The notes under the pieces were generated by a model. It ran no database searches, was not told the DNA's origin, and saw only the letters and a list, made by a program, of their open reading frames with translations. Below, piece after piece: positions 47,645 to 58,482 of a stretch of DNA of 64,000 nucleotides. Location of the stretch: contig JALFTB010000003.1 of the NCBI GenBank assembly GCA_022779465.1, positions 638 through 64,637 of the forward strand, read 5' to 3'. Each line of letters begins with the position of its first letter. Positions within the stretch are counted from its first letter, which is position 1. The position numbers and the translations under genes are program-made. The DNA is from a bacterium. GTDB taxonomy: Bacteria; Bacillota_I; Bacilli_A; RF39; UBA660.

Positions 47645-48864
47645 ATCGTAAACTATCCAAATTACTCAAACAAGAAGCAACTAGACAGGAAGAAAATATT
47701 GAATTAATTGCCAGTGAAAATTACGTATCAAAAGACATTTTAAAACTACAAGGAAGTATCCTAACCAATAAATATGCTGAAGGTTATCCAGGGAAAAAAT
47801 ATTATGGTGGTTGTGAATATATTGATCAAATTGAAACTATGGCAATTGAATATGCCTGCAAATTATTTAAATGTAAATACGCTAACGTACAACCTCATTC
47901 CGGATCAAATGCAAATATGGCCGTTTATAAAGCCTTATTAAATCTTGGTGATACTGTTCTTGGTATGGATTTATCCAATGGTGGTCATTTAACCCATGGA
48001 CATCCTATGAATTTTAGTGGTAAAGAATATAACATCGTAAGTTATACAGTTGACCCTGAAACCGAAACAATCGACTATGAAAATGTTCGTAAAATAGCTT
48101 TAGAATCAAAACCAAAAATGATTATCGCCGGAGCAAGTGCTTATTCAAGATTAATAGATTTCAAAAAATTCAAAGAAATAGCCGATGAAGTAGGGGCATA
48201 CTTAATGGTAGATATGGCTCATATTGCTGGCTTAGTAGCCGCTAAAGCCCATCCATCCCCATTTCCTTATGCCGATGTTGTAACAACAACAACACATAAA
48301 ACCTTAAGAGGACCAAGAGGTGGCTTAATCCTAACAAACGATGAAGAAATTGCTAAAAAAATTGATAAAACCATCTTTCCTGGAATTCAAGGTGGACCTC
48401 TTATACATGTTATAGCTGCTAAACTTCAATGTTTTTCAGAAGCTCTAGAACCAGAATTTGTTATATACATTGAAAACGTTGTTAAAAACGCTAAAGCCTT
48501 AGCAAATTCCTTAAAAGAACAAGGAGTAAGAGTAATTTCAGGTGGAACCGATAATCACTTATTATTAATAGATGTTAAATCAAAATTTAATCTAACTGGT
48601 AAAGAAGCGGAAAACATCTTAGATCAAATCAATATAACAACCAATAAAAATACCATACCAAAAGAAACCGAAAGTCCATTCAAAACATCGGGGCTAAGAT
48701 TAGGATCAGCTGCCATGACAACCAGAGGTTTAACCGAAGAAGACTTTAAACAAATCGGTCAAATTATTGTCAAAGCCCTTGATAATAAAGATAATGAACA
48801 AGTGTTATATACTTTGAAACAAGAAGTATTAAATATAACAAAAAAATATCCAATTTATAAATAG
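47641..48864 (+). CDS. glyA: Serine hydroxymethyltransferase
   Basis: [22 protein letters not shown] and [14 protein letters not shown]. Confidence 0.96.
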   Translation: MNRKLSKLLKQEATRQEENIELIASENYVSKDILKLQGSILTNKYAEGYPGKKYYGGCEYIDQIETMAIEYACKLFKCKYANVQPHSGSNANMAVYKALLNLGDTVLGMDLSNGGHLTHGHPMNFSGKEYNIVSYTVDPETETIDYENVRKIALESKPKMIIAGASAYSRLIDFKKFKEIADEVGAYLMVDMAHIAGLVAAKAHPSPFPYADVVTTTTHKTLRGPRGGLILTNDEEIAKKIDKTIFPGIQGGPLIHVIAAKLQCFSEALEPEFVIYIENVVKNAKALANSLKEQGVRVISGGTDNHLLLIDVKSKFNLTGKEAENILDQINITTNKNTIPKETESPFKTSGLRLGSAAMTTRGLTEEDFKQIGQIIVKALDNKDNEQVLYTLKQEVLNITKKYPIYK

Positions 48865-48881
48865 AAGGAAGGTAATTAAAA

Positions 48882-49781
48882 ATGACTAAATGGGATAAAG
48901 AGTATATTAAATTATGTAAAAAAATTTTAAAAGAGGGAAAAGAAGTAGAAAATAGAACCGGTGTAAATACTATCAAAATACCATCATATCACTTACATTT
49001 TGACTTAAGAGAAGAATTTCCAGTTCTAGCAACAAAACAATTATTTTTTAGACAAGCAATTCTAGAAATGTTATGGATTTATCAAGCACAAAGTAACGAC
49101 GTAAGATGGTTACAAGAAAGAAACGTTCATATTTGGGATGAATGGGAAATTGCTGACGATGGCGCATGGCATGCTACTCAAAACGTTATGGAAAACGGCA
49201 AATATGTCAAAAAAGATATCGTTAAACAATTTCCAAAAGGATTTGAACACACCATTGGAACTGCCTATGGTTATATCGTAAATAAATTCCAAATGACTCA
49301 AAACCTAATCAAAACAATCAAAGAAAATCCAACAGATCGAAGAATGGTTATGACCCTATGGCAAAATGATTATTTAGACACAGCAGTTCTACCATCATGT
49401 GTATGGAGTAGTGAATGGGATGTAACCGATGGTTACCTAAATTTATGGGTACATCAAAGAAGCTGTGATGTTCCTCTAGGCTTACCATTTAACGTAACCC
49501 AATATGCAACTCTTTTATCATTAATTGCTCAAGTAACCGGCTTAAAACCAGGAACAATAGATTGGTCAATTAAAGATGCTCATATCTATGTTAACCAAGT
49601 AGAAGGAATCAAAGAACAAATAAACAGATTTGATACAGAAGAAGATATCCCAGCACCAAAATTATGGATTAACCCAGATATCGATGATTTCTTCAAATTT
49701 GATAATTCAAAAGATTGCTTAGACATTAAAGTAGTAGACTACAAACATATGGGACCAATTAGATTCCCACTTGCTCAATAA
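48882..49781 (+). CDS. thyA: Thymidylate synthase
   Basis: NRTG, EMLW, IWDEW, LPSC, QRSCD..LGLPFN and DAHIY. Confidence 0.95.
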   Translation: MTKWDKEYIKLCKKILKEGKEVENRTGVNTIKIPSYHLHFDLREEFPVLATKQLFFRQAILEMLWIYQAQSNDVRWLQERNVHIWDEWEIADDGAWHATQNVMENGKYVKKDIVKQFPKGFEHTIGTAYGYIVNKFQMTQNLIKTIKENPTDRRMVMTLWQNDYLDTAVLPSCVWSSEWDVTDGYLNLWVHQRSCDVPLGLPFNVTQYATLLSLIAQVTGLKPGTIDWSIKDAHIYVNQVEGIKEQINRFDTEEDIPAPKLWINPDIDDFFKFDNSKDCLDIKVVDYKHMGPIRFPLAQ

Positions 49782-50263
49782 TGAATAATCTATCATTAAT
49801 AGCAGCAATCGGCGCTTCAAATGAACTAGGTAAAAATAATGATTTAATCTGGCATTTACATGAAGATATGAAATTCTTTAGAACCCAAACATCAGGTAAA
49901 ACCATCATCATGGGAAGAAAATGCTTCGAATCATTACCAGGCTTACTTCCTAATCGTAAACATATAATCCTAACAAACAATAAAAATTATCAAGTTGATG
50001 GTGCTATAATATTTCATACCAAAGAAGAAGTACTAAATTATATTAAAACAACTAAAGAAGAATGCTTTATAATAGGTGGCGCTAAAATATATGAATTATT
50101 TTTACCATATTGTAAATATCTATATCTAACAGAAATAGAAGATACCAAAGAAGCAGATGTCTACTTCCCAACATTTGATAAAACAAAATATACCAAAGAA
50201 ATAATCAAAGAATTAGAAGAAAATAATATCAAATATAAATTTACCAAATACACAAGAATCTAA
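49781..50263 (+). CDS. folA: Dihydrofolate reductase
   Basis: LIAA, G..NDLIW....DMKFF, IIMGRK..ESL, LPNR and FIIGGA.IY. Confidence 0.95.
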   Translation: MNNLSLIAAIGASNELGKNNDLIWHLHEDMKFFRTQTSGKTIIMGRKCFESLPGLLPNRKHIILTNNKNYQVDGAIIFHTKEEVLNYIKTTKEECFIIGGAKIYELFLPYCKYLYLTEIEDTKEADVYFPTFDKTKYTKEIIKELEENNIKYKFTKYTRI

Positions 50264-50464
50264 CTTGTGTATTTTTTTTGCCATTTTCGTCATATGTAAC
50301 GTTCCATTTTTGGCACTAAAATAGATACTTTTTCCAGAATTAACTTTCCAGTAGCGTCTGCAACCCAGATTTTATCTAAAAAAAATTGAAGCGTTTATTA
50401 ATCTTGACCAAATAAATTAAATTATTGTACAATTAAATAGAAAAATAGGAGCGATTTATTAACC

Positions 50465-52129
50465 ATGGAGAAAAAGAATAAAATAATAATTATAGCTATA
50501 GTTTTAGCTTTGGCAGTGTTATTTAGTGGATTAACATATGCATACTTCACATCGGCAACATCAAGTGAAAGCGGATCAACCATTGTAGCAAAAGGTGGGC
50601 AAATGAACGTTGTGTATGACAATAAGTCTGCTAATATCTCTGTATCAAATATCTATCCAAGAGAAGAAGCTTGGGTAACAAAGAAGTTCCAAGTAATAGG
50701 AAACAATACAACAGACTTATTAATGTTTTATAAAGTTAAAATGGTAATTGATAACAATGAATTTGGTTTAGATTTAAGTTATAAACTTACTGGAACTAAC
50801 ACAGCAAATAGTGGTGCTTTAATTCCAAATGTATCAAGTAATGCATACATTGGAGAGCATGATGTGTCACTAGGAACAGGATATCATGTAAAAGGAACAA
50901 ATAAAATTCATGAATATACATTACAGATATTTTTAAAACCAAGTAATACAGATCAAAATTATGGACAAGAAGCTAATTTTGCAGCTCATTTAGTAATAGA
51001 AATAGATGGAACATCAACTACATCATCACCAAGTAATTGGGATAGTGCAGGAAGTAATACACTTTTAGCCGGAATAAAAAAGAATTATGCAAGTCCTACT
51101 GCAACATTAACTAATCCAATAACAGATGCATCAGCATTAAATGAAGCAGTAATGAGTTTAGCTCCAGATGATTATGGAATTTCATATTATTTTAGAGGTA
51201 ATGTACAAAATAACTTTGTATCATTTGCTAATATGTGTTGGAGAATTGTAAGAATAACAGGAGATGGCTCAATAAAACTTGCTTTATATGATTATTCATC
51301 TGCTAGTTGTACAAATACAGGTGATGATTTAGCATTTGCTAGATATAATGGAAACACATATAATACTTTGTTTAACAAAAAATATAATGATAATGCATAT
51401 ATAGGATTTATGTATGGAACGCCTAATTCAACTACATATGCAGCAACCCATGCAAATATAAATAAAAGTACAATCTTACAAAACCTAGAAACATGGTATA
51501 AAGCAAAACTAACATCATATACAGATAAGTTAGCTGATACAATATGGTGTAATGATAGAAGTACAGTTAAAGATGTAACATTTAAATATGTTTCTTCAGA
51601 AAATGGAGTACTTAATAAAGATTCTATGCCATTTCCTGGTTTAGGATATAAACTAGATATGACATTTTATGGTTCTGGAATAAGAAATTTTGGGGCTGAA
51701 TCAAGTTTTAATAGTGTTACTTATGGAACAGGTCCTAGTTTAATATGTCCAAAAGACAATGATAGAGGAAAGTTATCTAAATTTACGGTTACTGATACAG
51801 TAAATGGAAATGGTAACCTTGATTATAAGATTGGATTACTTACAGCAGATGAAATGGCTTTAGCTGGTATGACAACAAGTTCAGTATATTTCAATAATAA
51901 TTATGATGAAACATCAGTAACATCTTATTTAAGAAGTAATGCAAACGGCGATTATTGGACTCTTTCGCCGGTTACTTTCAATTTCGATGGCGCTAGAGTC
52001 TGGTGCTCTTATTCTGGTGACTATGGCGTAGGCGAATATAACGCGCTTCGTCCCGCTGTTTCTCTTAAATCTGCAACAACGATATCTGGTGGTAATGGTA
52101 CATCCTCAAGTCCATTTATAGTTAATTAA
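50465..52129 (+). CDS. Secreted protein with SipW-type signal and C-terminal CLec-like domain; candidate DGR target
   Basis: TM ending TYAYF; YYFRG..NN.V.FA...WRIVRI.GDGSIKL; IGLLTADE; YWTLSP...LRPAVSL. Confidence 0.75.
   Translation: MEKKNKIIIIAIVLALAVLFSGLTYAYFTSATSSESGSTIVAKGGQMNVVYDNKSANISVSNIYPREEAWVTKKFQVIGNNTTDLLMFYKVKMVIDNNEFGLDLSYKLTGTNTANSGALIPNVSSNAYIGEHDVSLGTGYHVKGTNKIHEYTLQIFLKPSNTDQNYGQEANFAAHLVIEIDGTSTTSSPSNWDSAGSNTLLAGIKKNYASPTATLTNPITDASALNEAVMSLAPDDYGISYYFRGNVQNNFVSFANMCWRIVRITGDGSIKLALYDYSSASCTNTGDDLAFARYNGNTYNTLFNKKYNDNAYIGFMYGTPNSTTYAATHANINKSTILQNLETWYKAKLTSYTDKLADTIWCNDRSTVKDVTFKYVSSENGVLNKDSMPFPGLGYKLDMTFYGSGIRNFGAESSFNSVTYGTGPSLICPKDNDRGKLSKFTVTDTVNGNGNLDYKIGLLTADEMALAGMTTSSVYFNNNYDETSVTSYLRSNANGDYWTLSPVTFNFDGARVWCSYSGDYGVGEYNALRPAVSLKSATTISGGNGTSSSPFIVN
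51944..52072 (+). other. Putative DGR variable region (VR)
   Basis: About 50% GC (58 of 117 nt counted over 51944-52060) inside an AT-rich gene; ends GCGCTTCGTCCCGCT; encodes YWTLSP...RPA. Confidence 0.65.
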
Positions 52130-52132
52130 AAC

Positions 52133-52155
52133 AAGCATCTGACAAAGATGCTTTT
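52133..52155 (+). terminator. Hairpin/terminator downstream of the candidate DGR target
   Basis: AAGCATCT-gacaa-AGATGCTT hairpin plus TT. Confidence 0.7.
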
Positions 52156-52199
52156 AATTTACTTATTTTTGTAATATAATACCGGTGGATGTGATTTAA

Positions 52200-53225
52200 A
52201 TGAAAACTGATGATTTTGATTATGAATTACCTAAAGAGTTGATTGCTCAAACTCCTCTTAAAAACCGAAGTGAATCTAAACTTCTTGTTATGGACAGAGT
52301 AACCGGAGCTTTAGAACATAAACATTTTTATGACATTATTGATTATTTAAATAAAGGTGATGCCTTAGTTATTAATGATACTAAAGTTATTCCTGCGAGA
52401 ATAATTGGTGTTAAAGAAGAAACTGGTGCTGTTATTGAGCTTCTACTATTAAAAGATGAAGTAGGTGACACTTGGGAATGCCTTGCTAAACCTCAAAAAA
52501 GATTAAAAGTAGGTACTATCATTACATTTGGTAATGGTGAATTAAAAGCTAAAGTAAGAGAAACTAGAGAAGAAGGTATTACCATTGTTGATTTAATTTA
52601 CGATGGCATCCTTATGGAAATTTTAGAACATCTAGGAACTATGCCACTTCCTCCATATATTCATGAAAAACTAAAAGAGCAAGATAGATATCAAACTGTT
52701 TACGCTAAAAACTATGGTTCTGCTGCTGCACCAACTGCCGGCTTACATTTTACAACTGAACTTTTAGATAAAATAAAAGCTAAAGGTATTGAAATCGTTC
52801 ATGTAACTTTACATGTTGGTTTAGGAACCTTTAGACCAGTTAATGTTGAAGATGTAACTAAACATGTTATGCACACTGAACATTACATTGTTACCAAAGA
52901 AGCAGCTGATAAACTAAATGAAATCAAAGCAAATGGCGGTAAAATCATTGCTGTTGGTACCACCTCAGTTCGTACCCTTGAAACCGTTATTTCTAAAAAT
53001 GATAAATTCGTTCCAAGTAATGATGACACTAATATCTTTATCTATCCTGGTTTCACCTTTAGAGCTATAGATGGACTTATCACTAATTTTCATTTACCAA
53101 AAAGTACTTTAGTAATGTTAGTTTCTGCCTTCTCATCAAAAGCAAACATTATGAATGCTTACCAAGAAGCTATAAATCATAACTATCGTTTCTTTAGTTT
53201 TGGAGATGCCATGTTTATAAAATAG
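52200..53225 (+). CDS. queA: SAM:tRNA ribosyltransferase-isomerase
   Basis: [36 protein letters not shown] and [10 protein letters not shown]. Confidence 0.96.
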   Translation: MKTDDFDYELPKELIAQTPLKNRSESKLLVMDRVTGALEHKHFYDIIDYLNKGDALVINDTKVIPARIIGVKEETGAVIELLLLKDEVGDTWECLAKPQKRLKVGTIITFGNGELKAKVRETREEGITIVDLIYDGILMEILEHLGTMPLPPYIHEKLKEQDRYQTVYAKNYGSAAAPTAGLHFTTELLDKIKAKGIEIVHVTLHVGLGTFRPVNVEDVTKHVMHTEHYIVTKEAADKLNEIKANGGKIIAVGTTSVRTLETVISKNDKFVPSNDDTNIFIYPGFTFRAIDGLITNFHLPKSTLVMLVSAFSSKANIMNAYQEAINHNYRFFSFGDAMFIK

Positions 53226-53239
53226 AAAGGAAAGTAATT

Positions 53240-54142
53240 ATGACTTTTACTACCCAAATAAAAGATGAAATAACTAAAAATTATGATTCAACTCCTGAAT
53301 CTTTAATTTCTTTATGCACATACTTACGTTTTAATAGTACTTTTGATAATCATAAAATATCAGTTTATACTGAAAATGCTTCTGTAGCTAGATGGTTATT
53401 TAAGCTTCTTAAATTTCATTATAACGTTGAAATTAAATTAACTACACGTACTATAAAAAGATTTAAAAAAAGAAATATTTATATTTTAGAAATCAAAGAT
53501 AAATATGATTATATTACTAGTGATATTGATAATACTTTAAATAATATTAAAGAGGGTAGTACTGAAGAAAAGATTGCTTTCTTAAAAGGAATATTTTTAT
53601 CTTGTGGAAGTATTAATGATCCTAAAAAGAATATGTATCATTTAGAGTTTTTAATTAAAGATCATAAAGATGCTAAACTTGTTAATTCTATTCTTTTAGA
53701 TTTAAGATTTAATAGTAAGATTTTAAAACGTGATCGTGAATATATGGTTTATATTAAACAAGCTGAAAATATTAGTGACTTTATTAGGTATTTAAACGCT
53801 GTTAATGCCCTTTTTTACTTTGAGGATATAAGAATATACAAAGATCATAAAAATATGGTTAATAGGCTTAATAATTGTGAACAAGCTAATGCTGAGAAAT
53901 CATTTAAAACTAGTAAACAAATAATAGATAATATTACTTACTTAGAAGAAAATAATCTAATTATGTTATTAGATGAAAGAACCAAAGAAATAATATCTTA
54001 TAAAAAGAAATATCCCGAAACATCAATGGGAGAATTAGCTGAAATAGTTTCCATCGAAACCAATAAATCCATCACAAAATCAGGAATAAATCACCACTTT
54101 AGAAAAATAAATGAACTAGTTAGAAAACATAAAACTAACTAG
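53240..54142 (+). CDS. whiA: DNA-binding protein WhiA
   Basis: GSINDP...YHLE, VNRLNNCEQAN and TKSGINH.FRKI. Confidence 0.92.
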   Translation: MTFTTQIKDEITKNYDSTPESLISLCTYLRFNSTFDNHKISVYTENASVARWLFKLLKFHYNVEIKLTTRTIKRFKKRNIYILEIKDKYDYITSDIDNTLNNIKEGSTEEKIAFLKGIFLSCGSINDPKKNMYHLEFLIKDHKDAKLVNSILLDLRFNSKILKRDREYMVYIKQAENISDFIRYLNAVNALFYFEDIRIYKDHKNMVNRLNNCEQANAEKSFKTSKQIIDNITYLEENNLIMLLDERTKEIISYKKKYPETSMGELAEIVSIETNKSITKSGINHHFRKINELVRKHKTN

Positions 54143-54189
54143 TTTTTTTATTATCAGTTTGCTATAATGAATTTATAGTAGGTGAGAAT

Positions 54190-56322
54190 ATGTTAAAAGG
54201 TAAGAAGGGTAAGAAAGGATTTACTCTATTAGAACTAGTAATAGCTATTGGACTCTTAGCTTTATTTGCAGTTTTTATTGGCGTATCTTTAAATCGTACA
54301 TTTAAAAAACAAAAAGAAAATGATTATAATAACTTTATTAAAAAGATAGTAGCTTCTGCTAATTTATATGTATCTAATGAAGGAAGTATCATTAATAGTT
54401 TATCTTCTGATAAAGGTTATGTTATTATAAAAGCTAAAGATTTAATAAATAAAGGCTTATTATCTGAAAATACTATTAATCCTAAAACTAATGAAAAAGT
54501 TGATCCTAATGATGAAATTAAAGTTTCATATGATGCTAATGGTACTATTAAAATTGAATATCCATCAAAAACTGTTACTGAAGACTATCTTCAAGCTTTA
54601 GATATTTATTTAGACTTTGGTAGTGATAAAAAAGAAGATTATTGTTATCAAGGTTTAGATACTCCTAATTTAATTTATGTAACTTCTGAAGGTGATTTTG
54701 TTAAAGGATATCTAAAAAAGGGTACTAATATAACTTGCAAAGGTGAAGAAAAAATTAATTCTAATAAACTTGGTACTTATCGTTTAATATATAATTATAT
54801 TTTAAAAGATGGTTCTAAAAAAAGAGCTACCAGACAAGTAGTTGTTGTAGATAATTATAAACCAACTTGTGAACAAATAGATGCTCCAACTTCATGGATA
54901 AATACTAAAAGAACTCTTAATGTTAAATGTAATGATATTGGTACTGGTTGCCAACCTTTAAAAGTTCCTTTTGAATTAGAAAATTATGCTGATAATTATA
55001 AATACTTGGTTAAAGATAAAGCTGGTAATACTGGTTATTGTTATTTAAAAGTTTATTCTGATACTAAGAAACCAGAATGTAGTTCTACTGGTGGAAGCAC
55101 TTCATGGATTAATACCCCAAGAGAACTTACTTTAAAATGTAGTGACTCTCTAAGTGGATGTAGTGATTTTACTGAAAAGAAAGAAACTTATTCTAATACA
55201 TCAACATCTAGTTTTACTGTTAAAGATAAAGCTGGTAATGAAAACACTTGTCAATTAAATATTTATTCTGACACTAAAAAACCAGAATGTAGTTATTCTG
55301 GAGAAAATAATACTTGGACCAATAAAATAGTTACAATAACTCAAAAATGTACTGATCAAGAGGGTTTAAGTGGTTGTTTAATTGCCTCAGAAACTAAGAA
55401 GTATTCTGATATGACATCTACAACTTTTACTGTTAAAGATCGTGCTGGTAATACTTCAAATACCTGTACGGTTCCAATTTATTCTGATATAACCGCTCCA
55501 ACTTGCACTAATACTAATCAAAATACTAAATGGACTAATAAAAAAGTTTCAATTACAACAACTTGTAAAGATAATTTAAGTGGTTGTGTTAATTCATCAA
55601 TGAATACCACTTTTCAAAATATCGATACTAAAATTATTGAAGTTAAAGACAATGCCGGTAACATCGGTACATGTAGTGCTAATATTTATTCTGATACTAC
55701 CGCTCCAACTTCGATTATTACCATTAATGCCACCGAATCAACTAAATCAATAACTATGAAAGGTACTGGTAAAGATAATTTAAGTGGCATCGTTGCTTAT
55801 CAATTTAGTACTAATTCAAATTTAACTGCCTTATCAAGTGGATGGACAAATATAACTGCTACTACTAAAGAAGTAACTGCTACTAAAAGCATTGATACTA
55901 AAGGAACTTATACATATTATTTCTATACTAAAGATGCTGCTGGTAATGTTACAAGAAGTCTGCCAAAAACCTTTAAAATTAGAGATGGTAATTATTATTG
56001 CTGGTATATTTCTAAATCAGGTAGTTCTTTTAAAACCAGTACTAAAGATGCTGGCTCAGCTGGATATCTAAATTGCCGTAGTGGTGCTAATACAAGCAAT
56101 CCAACTATCGTGCAAATAACCCAAAAAGACACCATTAATTCTGCTGAATTATATGGAGAAACCAAAAGTGGAGATATCACTTATGGATGGTACAAAGTTA
56201 ATTTAAAATCTTTATTAGACAGTAAAAATTACTCATGTTATGCTGCTGGTTATTGGGTAGTTACTGAAAAAGACGAATGTCGTTCATCATATCCAACTAC
56301 AACTGTAAATATTATGCCTTAA
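54190..56322 (+). CDS. Giant type IV prepilin-like protein with Ig-like repeats (paralog of 40671)
   Basis: KKG|FTLLEL; same N-domain (SYDANGTIKI.YP, DYLQALDIY); four P.C...W.N...C.D..GC...KD.AGN repeats. Confidence 0.85.
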   Translation: MLKGKKGKKGFTLLELVIAIGLLALFAVFIGVSLNRTFKKQKENDYNNFIKKIVASANLYVSNEGSIINSLSSDKGYVIIKAKDLINKGLLSENTINPKTNEKVDPNDEIKVSYDANGTIKIEYPSKTVTEDYLQALDIYLDFGSDKKEDYCYQGLDTPNLIYVTSEGDFVKGYLKKGTNITCKGEEKINSNKLGTYRLIYNYILKDGSKKRATRQVVVVDNYKPTCEQIDAPTSWINTKRTLNVKCNDIGTGCQPLKVPFELENYADNYKYLVKDKAGNTGYCYLKVYSDTKKPECSSTGGSTSWINTPRELTLKCSDSLSGCSDFTEKKETYSNTSTSSFTVKDKAGNENTCQLNIYSDTKKPECSYSGENNTWTNKIVTITQKCTDQEGLSGCLIASETKKYSDMTSTTFTVKDRAGNTSNTCTVPIYSDITAPTCTNTNQNTKWTNKKVSITTTCKDNLSGCVNSSMNTTFQNIDTKIIEVKDNAGNIGTCSANIYSDTTAPTSIITINATESTKSITMKGTGKDNLSGIVAYQFSTNSNLTALSSGWTNITATTKEVTATKSIDTKGTYTYYFYTKDAAGNVTRSLPKTFKIRDGNYYCWYISKSGSSFKTSTKDAGSAGYLNCRSGANTSNPTIVQITQKDTINSAELYGETKSGDITYGWYKVNLKSLLDSKNYSCYAAGYWVVTEKDECRSSYPTTTVNIMP

Positions 56323-56891
56323 CCAATCACGCTGTCAATAAGCCCATAATTTAAAGCATCATGAGCATTTAAAAAATAGTCAGAATTAGTATCTTTATTA
56401 ATTTTATTTACACTTTTACTAGTTAAAGAAGCTAATATTTTATTAAGCTTCTTTTTTGTTTCTAAAATTCTTTCAGCATGAATTTTAATATCCGAAGCTT
56501 TTCCCTCAGCACCACCTAAAACTTGATGAATCATAATCTCACAGTTAGGTAAACAAAGTCTTTTACCTTTAGCACCCGATGCCAAAAGGACAGCTCCCAT
56601 ACTTGCACATAAACCCATGCCAACTGTTGATACATCACTTTTCAAATAATTAATTGTGTCATAAATAGCTAATCCCGCTGTTACACTACCACCAGGAGAA
56701 TTAATATAAAGATAAATATCATCATGACTAATTGAATCTAAATAGAGTAGTTCACTAATAACTAAATTAGCTAAATCATCATTAATTTCTCCTGTAATAA
56801 AAACAATTCTCTTAGTAAGTAATTTAGTATAAATATCATAAATTTTCTCACCATTATAATTCTTTTCAATAATATTTGGAATAAGTAACAT
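56319..56891 (-). CDS. clpP: ATP-dependent Clp protease proteolytic subunit
   Basis: YINSPGGSVTAGLAIYDT, CASMG, IMIHQ and ALNYGLID. Confidence 0.95.
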   Translation of the reverse strand: MLLIPNIIEKNYNGEKIYDIYTKLLTKRIVFITGEINDDLANLVISELLYLDSISHDDIYLYINSPGGSVTAGLAIYDTINYLKSDVSTVGMGLCASMGAVLLASGAKGKRLCLPNCEIMIHQVLGGAEGKASDIKIHAERILETKKKLNKILASLTSKSVNKINKDTNSDYFLNAHDALNYGLIDSVIG

Positions 56892-57005
56892 TAATTTTTC
56901 ACCCTAATAATATAATAAATAAAAATAGTCAAAAATATACATCAAAAAGTGTTTTATTTTTTTACAATTTTTGATATACTTGAATGTAGAATAGAGGGAT
57001 TGTGA

Positions 57006-58466
57006 ATGTTACTAGATAGGTATAAACATAAACTTTATCAATCTGGCCTTAAAATGGTTCTTTACGTATCTGTAAGAGAACTATTTAAGTGTGACGTACT
57101 ATTCTTACATTCCCTAGATAAAGGCTTATATTGTCAAATTTTATCAGATACTAGATTAAACTCCGAAGATATTTCAAGATTAAAAGATAAAATGACTGAA
57201 ATAATTAATGCCAATTATAAAATAACTCGTAAAGTAGTAACTAAAAAAGATGCTTACGATTACTATATAAAAACTAAAGAATTAGAAAAAGCCGGTAACA
57301 TTCAAAATCTTAACGGTAAAACTGTAACTATGTATGAACTTATGGGATATTATAATTATTTCATGAGTGATATGGTTGAATCTACTGGTGAATTATCTAA
57401 ATTTGGTATTACTTATTTAAATAGTAATGATCTTATTCTTTCCTGTCCAATTAATGATGATATGACAGTTCCCAGTTATAATTCTCAAGAAATGATTTTA
57501 AAGAGTTTTTCAGATTATAAACTTTGGTCATCACTATTAAATGTTAATTATGTTGCTGATTTAAATAAAGTTATCTCACAAAGCAAAATAAAAGACTTTA
57601 TTAAGAAAAATGATATTATGATGGATAATCAAATATATGAAATGGCTAATATCATTAGAAAAGAAAATAAAAAGATTGTTCTTTTAGGTGGACCATCATC
57701 ATCAGGTAAAACAACTAGTACAAGAAAGTTAGCTTTATACCTAAGTGCTATTGGTTTAAATCCAGTTTGTTTAAGTTTAGATGATTATTTTAAAGAAAGA
57801 GAATTAACTCCTAAAGATGAAAATGGTGAGTATGATTTTGAATCACTTGCTGCTATCGATTTAGATTTATTTAATGCTCAAATGACCAGTTTATTAAATG
57901 GAGAAGAAGTAAATACTCCAACTTATAATTTCTTAACTGGTAAAAAAGAATATAACCATAAAATAATTAAAATAGGCGATAATGATATCTTACTTATTGA
58001 AGGCCTTCATTGTTTAAATGAAGAACTATCAAAAAGTATTCCCTATAGTCGTAAAATTAAAGTTTATATAAGTCCATTTATGCCTCTAAGTATTGATAGA
58101 CATAACCATATCTCAACTGTTGATATTCGTCTAATGCGCAGAATAGTTAGAGATAATCGTACTAGAGGATATGGCGTAGTAGATACCTTAAAAAGTTGGG
58201 ATAAAGTTAGAAATGGTGAAACTAAATATGTCTTCCCATATACCAATGAAGCTAACGTTATCTTAAATACTGCATATATCTATGAAATAGGCGTCTTAAG
58301 AGTTTATGTAGAACCACTATTATATAGTGTTCCAATAGATTCTAAATATTATAATGAAGCCAGAAGATTAATAAATGAATTACAAATGTTCTTCCCAATT
58401 CCAAGTGAATATTTAAGTGATAATAACGTCTTAAGAGAATTTATTGGTGGAAGTTATTTTGAATAA
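57006..58466 (+). CDS. Nucleoside/uridine kinase-like protein with ThrRS-like N-domain
   Basis: GPSSSGKTT, LDDYF, IEGLH and RLMRRIVRD...RG. Confidence 0.85.
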   Translation: MLLDRYKHKLYQSGLKMVLYVSVRELFKCDVLFLHSLDKGLYCQILSDTRLNSEDISRLKDKMTEIINANYKITRKVVTKKDAYDYYIKTKELEKAGNIQNLNGKTVTMYELMGYYNYFMSDMVESTGELSKFGITYLNSNDLILSCPINDDMTVPSYNSQEMILKSFSDYKLWSSLLNVNYVADLNKVISQSKIKDFIKKNDIMMDNQIYEMANIIRKENKKIVLLGGPSSSGKTTSTRKLALYLSAIGLNPVCLSLDDYFKERELTPKDENGEYDFESLAAIDLDLFNAQMTSLLNGEEVNTPTYNFLTGKKEYNHKIIKIGDNDILLIEGLHCLNEELSKSIPYSRKIKVYISPFMPLSIDRHNHISTVDIRLMRRIVRDNRTRGYGVVDTLKSWDKVRNGETKYVFPYTNEANVILNTAYIYEIGVLRVYVEPLLYSVPIDSKYYNEARRLINELQMFFPIPSEYLSDNNVLREFIGGSYFE

Positions 58467-58482
58467 TTGAAAGGATGATAAT

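Noticed and set aside
50264-50464. DGR template repeat or pseudogene upstream of the candidate target gene
   Set aside because: It does not resemble the VR and has no AAC-rich runs. Short coding-like stretches on the minus strand (e.g. KWNVTYDENG) are too short to assign.
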